A DNA stretch of 48,277 nt, taken from assembly GCA_964372345.1 (NCBI GenBank), contig CAYJQR010000004.1, forward strand, positions 1,269 through 49,545. Reading direction: 5' to 3'. Both the position numbers and the translations under genes were made by a program. Source of the DNA: an uncultured Planctomycetia bacterium. GTDB lineage: Bacteria; Omnitrophota; Gorgyraeia; JACOVV01. Shown in pieces: positions 44,801 to 48,277 of the stretch. Each line of letters opens with the position of its first letter. The stretch's first letter is position 1. The notes under the pieces are model-generated. The model had not been told where the DNA came from. It ran no database searches and saw only the letters and a list, made by a program, of their open reading frames with translations.

Positions 44801-46024
44801 TCATGTTGTATACCCCGCATTAATCTTCACGTAATCCGCTGAGAGGTCTGTTGTCCAGGCGGTAAAGTCCGCCTTTCCTTCTCCCAGGTCCACCCCGATT
44901 TGAATCTCCGGGTTACGCAAAATTTGCTTTAGCTCCTCGCGGCTATGCTCCACCGGCTCCCCTTTGAGAAATACAAGAATCGTTCCAATCGTGATCTCCA
45001 CCCGGTTCATCCGCACCGGCACCCCGCTGGATCCAACGCAGGCGGCGATTCTTCCCCAATTGGGGTCCGCGCCGTGCAGCATCGTTTTTACCAGCAGAGA
45101 ATTGGCGATCCGATGAGCGATTTTCTTGGCGTCTCCTCTATTTTTGGCGCCGGTGACGTCAATTTCGACGAACTTGGTGGCCCCTTCTCCGTCCCGCACC
45201 ATCATCTTTGCCATCTCTCCCATCACCTGTTCTAGTCCCGCCGAGAACTTTTGATACGCGGCGCTTCCGGATTGAATCGCCGGATTCCCCGCTTTCCCGT
45301 TGGCCAGAATCAGAACCATGTCGTTGGTGCTCATCTCTCCGTCAATGGTAACCGCGTTAAAAGTCGTTTCCGCCGCCTGGCTGAGAATTCTCTGGAGAAC
45401 CGGCCCGGCGATTTTCGCGTCCGTTGTGATGAAGCAGAGCATCGTCGCCATTTCGGGGGCAATCATGCCGGCCCCTTTGGCAATTCCACCTAAAGAGATT
45501 TCATGGCCTTCAACCGAGAATCGAACCGCCGTTTCCTTGACAGTATGATCGGTGGTCAGGATCGCTTCGGCCGCCGAATGGCTCCCTTGAGAATTCAAAT
45601 TTCTGACGACAGATTCAATCCCTTGAATCACCGTCTCCATCGGGAGCGGCCGCCCAATGACGCCGGTGGAAGCGACCAGCACTTCCCGCGGTTGGATCCC
45701 CAACAAACCGGCGCACTCAGAGGCCATCCGGCGGGCGTCCCCAAGCCCCTTCTTTCCTGTGGCGCAATTGGCGTTGCCGCTGTTGGCGATGATCGCCCTG
45801 GCCGTGCCGGGTCGAATATGTTCTTTGGTGACAAGAACCGGCGCCGCCTGAAGGCGATTTTTCGTGAAAACCGCGGCGGCAACCGCCGGAACTAACGAAT
45901 AAATCAGCGCAAGGTCTTTCTTCCGCTTCTTAATCCCGCAAGCAATACCGGCGGCTCGAAATCCTTTCGGTGCTGTCACTCCTCCCTCAATCTGTTTTCC
46001 ATCAATCCGCTTTCCATTTTCCAT
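44801..46024 (-). CDS. argJ: Ornithine acetyltransferase / N-acetylglutamate synthase ArgJ
   Basis: NSGNAN, STGVIG, KGAGMIAPEMATML, STND, DGEGATK. Confidence 0.97.
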   Translation of the reverse strand: MENGKRIDGKQIEGGVTAPKGFRAAGIACGIKKRKKDLALIYSLVPAVAAAVFTKNRLQAAPVLVTKEHIRPGTARAIIANSGNANCATGKKGLGDARRMASECAGLLGIQPREVLVASTGVIGRPLPMETVIQGIESVVRNLNSQGSHSAAEAILTTDHTVKETAVRFSVEGHEISLGGIAKGAGMIAPEMATMLCFITTDAKIAGPVLQRILSQAAETTFNAVTIDGEMSTNDMVLILANGKAGNPAIQSGSAAYQKFSAGLEQVMGEMAKMMVRDGEGATKFVEIDVTGAKNRGDAKKIAHRIANSLLVKTMLHGADPNWGRIAACVGSSGVPVRMNRVEITIGTILVFLKGEPVEHSREELKQILRNPEIQIGVDLGEGKADFTAWTTDLSADYVKINAGYTT

Positions 46025-46036
46025 TTTCTACTTTCC
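46011..46036. repeat. (attttcc)-type 7-mer array spanning the argJ start
   Basis: tttccattttccattttctactttcc, the same unit as 17944-17977. Confidence 0.6.
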
Positions 46037-46040
46037 GCTT

Positions 46041-47090
46041 TTAGGGCAATAACCCTAACTTTTCATCCCACCCATACATACAATTCAAATTCTGAACCGC
46101 CTGCCCCGCAGCCCCCTTGACTAAGTTGTCGATCGCCGAAATGACGATCGCCACTTTCCGTTCCGCGTCAATCGTGACGCCAATATCACAGAAGTTAGTC
46201 CTGACCACGTGGGCTAATTCCGGCCAGATCCCCGCCGCGTGAACTCTGACAAAAGGGGCATTCTGATAGAACGATTGATAGAGATTAATCACTTCGGATG
46301 TCTCCATTCCCTCTTTTAGCTTCGCATAGCAGGTTGTCAGAATTCCCCGATCCGTCGGCAATAGATGAGGGGTAAAAATAACATCCACCTCTTCCCGCGC
46401 CAGCTCGCTCAGTTCCTGTTCTATTTCTGGCGAATGCTGGTGCGCGTTGACCTTGTACGCCTTTAAATTCCCGTGGACTTCCGGAAAGTGAAGGAACGAG
46501 GAAGGTTTTTTCCCGGCCCCTGTCGCCCCTGATTTGGCGTCAATGATGATCGAATCGGCCTGGGCCAACTTTTTACTTCCGCCTTCGGCGGAGAACAACG
46601 GCGCCAGCGCCAGAATTGCCCCGGTAGGATAACAGCCCGGATTCGCCACTAACTCAGCGGCTTTAATTTTAGCGTGGTTCAACTCGGTTAACCCATAGAC
46701 CGCCTTCTCCAAATAATCGGGATGGTGGTGAGGGGTGTGGTACCATTTTTCATAGAGAGACGGGTCTTTCAACCGGAAATCCGCCGAAAGATCAATGACT
46801 TTCTTCCCCGCTTCCACGATGGCCACCGCGATATCCTGCGAAATAGTATGCGGCAGAGCCAGAAAAACCACGTCTGCCAGAGGAAGTATCCTCTCCACAT
46901 CTAAAGTAAAACAGTCCAGAGAGATCCTCCCCGCGAGCCGGGGCAATAATTTGCCGATCGGTTCCTCTTTCTCCAGGTTCGCTGAAGCGGTCACCGCGGT
47001 GATCTTCACCTGTGGATGTCTTAGAAGAATCTCTATGAGTTCTTCTCCGGCGTATCCTGTCGCGCCGAGAATTCCAATCCTGACCGGCAT
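46041..47090 (-). CDS. argC: N-acetyl-gamma-glutamyl-phosphate reductase
   Basis: GATGYAG, DLSADFR, ANPGCYPT, IDNLVKGAAGQA. Confidence 0.98.
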   Translation of the reverse strand: MPVRIGILGATGYAGEELIEILLRHPQVKITAVTASANLEKEEPIGKLLPRLAGRISLDCFTLDVERILPLADVVFLALPHTISQDIAVAIVEAGKKVIDLSADFRLKDPSLYEKWYHTPHHHPDYLEKAVYGLTELNHAKIKAAELVANPGCYPTGAILALAPLFSAEGGSKKLAQADSIIIDAKSGATGAGKKPSSFLHFPEVHGNLKAYKVNAHQHSPEIEQELSELAREEVDVIFTPHLLPTDRGILTTCYAKLKEGMETSEVINLYQSFYQNAPFVRVHAAGIWPELAHVVRTNFCDIGVTIDAERKVAIVISAIDNLVKGAAGQAVQNLNCMYGWDEKLGLLP

Positions 47091-47122
47091 GGCATTTTCT
47101 CCTTAATAGTTAAATGTAACTT

Positions 47123-47151
47123 ATTATAACAGTTCATATTCAGTATTTCAA
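47123..47151 (-). promoter_or_regulatory. Sigma70-type promoter of the arg operon
   Basis: TTGAAA-17 nt-TATAAT with TG extension. AAGGAG SD before argC. Confidence 0.75.
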
Positions 47152-47155
47152 TTTG

Positions 47156-47296
47156 GTTGTCAGTCGAAGTCAGTTGTACGTCGTCAGTCGTACGTCATCA
47201 GTAAAAAAGCCCAATTTCCGAAGGATTCACGGAACCGGGCTTTTGATTGACTGCAAGTATATCAAACTTAAGACTGACAACGTACGACTGACGACT
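47156..47296. repeat. Inverted 7-mer arrays bracketing the rpsI terminator
   Basis: gtcagtc/gtacgtc/gtcagtt units (47156-47203) face gactgac/aacgtac units (47272-47296). Confidence 0.75.
47203..47244 (-). terminator. Rho-independent terminator after rpsI
   Basis: aaaagccc..ttccg / cggaa..gggctttt stem ending in a T6 run on the minus strand. Confidence 0.7.
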
Positions 47297-47299
47297 ATT

Positions 47300-47728
47300 T
47301 TATCGTTTTGAGAACTGGTTGCCGCGGCGCGCTCCTCTTCGTCCATACTTCTTGCGCTCTTTGGCGCGGGGATCACGAGTCAAAAATCCCGCCTGGCGCA
47401 GCGCTTTCTTAGAAGTTGGATCCAACACCACTAACGCGCGGGCAATTCCCATCCGGACGGCTCCCGCCTGTCCGGTAGGGCCGCCTCCCCTGACATCTGC
47501 GACCACGTCGCATCCTTCAGCCGCTTTGACCAGCTTCAGCGGCTGTTGAACAATAATCTGATGGACATCTCTTGAAAAATGAGTTTCAAGCAACTTTCCA
47601 TTCACGGTAACTTTACCTGTCCCTGGGACCAGCCAGACTCTGGCAATCGCCACTTTCCGTCTTCCTGTCGCGTTAATCCTGGAAGGGATTTCTACTTTCG
47701 GCATCTCTAAAACTGCTTGCTCAGTCAT
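47300..47728 (-). CDS. rpsI: 30S ribosomal protein S9
   Basis: TGRRK, GGGPTGQAGA, LTRDPR.KERKKYG...FSKR. Confidence 0.99.
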   Translation of the reverse strand: MTEQAVLEMPKVEIPSRINATGRRKVAIARVWLVPGTGKVTVNGKLLETHFSRDVHQIIVQQPLKLVKAAEGCDVVADVRGGGPTGQAGAVRMGIARALVVLDPTSKKALRQAGFLTRDPRAKERKKYGRRGARRGNQFSKR

Positions 47729-47729
47729 A

Positions 47730-48176
47730 TTAGTTTCCTATCGCCAACTCTATTGGCTGCTGGGCCTCTTGCTCATGCTCAGCCCCATCGTAAACCCTCA
47801 AATGCCGAATCAGATCGTCCCCCAGCCGGTTCTTGGGAAGCATCCCTTTGACCGCGTGCCGGATGACTTGGTCAGGCGCTCTCTTCAGCCAGTGGGCCAG
47901 TGATTCTGTCTTTAACCCATCCGGATATCCTGAATACCGGGTATAAACTTTTCCCTCCATCTTATTGCCGCTGACCCGTATCTTAGCCGCGTTAATGACA
48001 ATCACTCCGTCGCCGCAATCAATATGAGGAGTAAAAATGGCCTTATGTTTTCCGCGAAGAATCGAGGCGGCCTTGGAAGCCAACCGTCCCAAGATCGCCC
48101 CATCGGCATTGATCAGGCGCCACTTTCTTTCCACTCCATTTCGCTTCGCGCTATAGGTTTTTCTCATAACTGCCAC
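47730..48176 (-). CDS. rplM: 50S ribosomal protein L13 (start GTG 48176 or ATG 48167)
   Basis: LGRLAS, LRGKHK, FTPHIDCGD, AVKGMLPKN. Confidence 0.99.
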   Translation of the reverse strand: MAVMRKTYSAKRNGVERKWRLINADGAILGRLASKAASILRGKHKAIFTPHIDCGDGVIVINAAKIRVSGNKMEGKVYTRYSGYPDGLKTESLAHWLKRAPDQVIRHAVKGMLPKNRLGDDLIRHLRVYDGAEHEQEAQQPIELAIGN

Positions 48177-48194
48177 GTAAGATTAGAGCTTTTA

Positions 48195-48223
48195 ATCATA
48201 CCGATAGAACCCACTTCTGTCAA
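48195..48223 (-). promoter_or_regulatory. Sigma70-type promoter of rplM-rpsI
   Basis: TTGACA-17 nt-TATGAT. Confidence 0.75.
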
Positions 48224-48277
48224 GTTTTTTCAATCTTAGTGTAGTAAGCTAATGAAATGTCCCCTTTTAATAGCACG

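Noticed and set aside
47091..47155. ArgR boxes or an arginine/lysine riboswitch
   Set aside because: AT-rich, but no convincing tandem ARG boxes, and the leader is too short for a riboswitch.

Overview
A 48 kb bacterial chromosomal segment, almost entirely transcribed on the minus strand. Gene content and order suggest a diderm, possibly PVC/Omnitrophota-like organism, but that is inference only. In transcription order it carries rplM-rpsI, an arginine operon (argC-J-B-D-F-G-H) interrupted by two toxin-antitoxin (TA) modules, a DapL-type lysine pathway (lysA, a receiver protein, dapF-A-B-L), folK, an inverted three-gene glycosyltransferase/methyltransferase cassette, panC-panD-nadX, a 43-aa basic ORF missed by the ORF track, uvrA and a TPR-ExbB-ExbD-TonB module with cutA. 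A type IV pilus locus follows (PilX-like, PilM-PilN fusion, PilO, PilP-like, secretin, PilB, PilC, a PilT-prepilin fusion, several pilins, with a four-helix-bundle gene and tRNA-Ala(CGC) embedded). The window ends with a small accessory patch holding two TA modules with broken toxins, then rsmE, cvpA and dnaG. The most unusual signals are: (1) inverted 7-mer arrays that bracket the four-helix-bundle gene and recur as 'empty' hairpins at gene junctions and inside coding sequence; (2) a nested 23/47/71-nt palindromic element, growing in 24-nt steps, sitting in frame in pilM, dapF and dnaG; (3) a PilT ATPase fused in frame to a class III prepilin; (4) TA cassettes flanked by duplicated gene ends or promoters.
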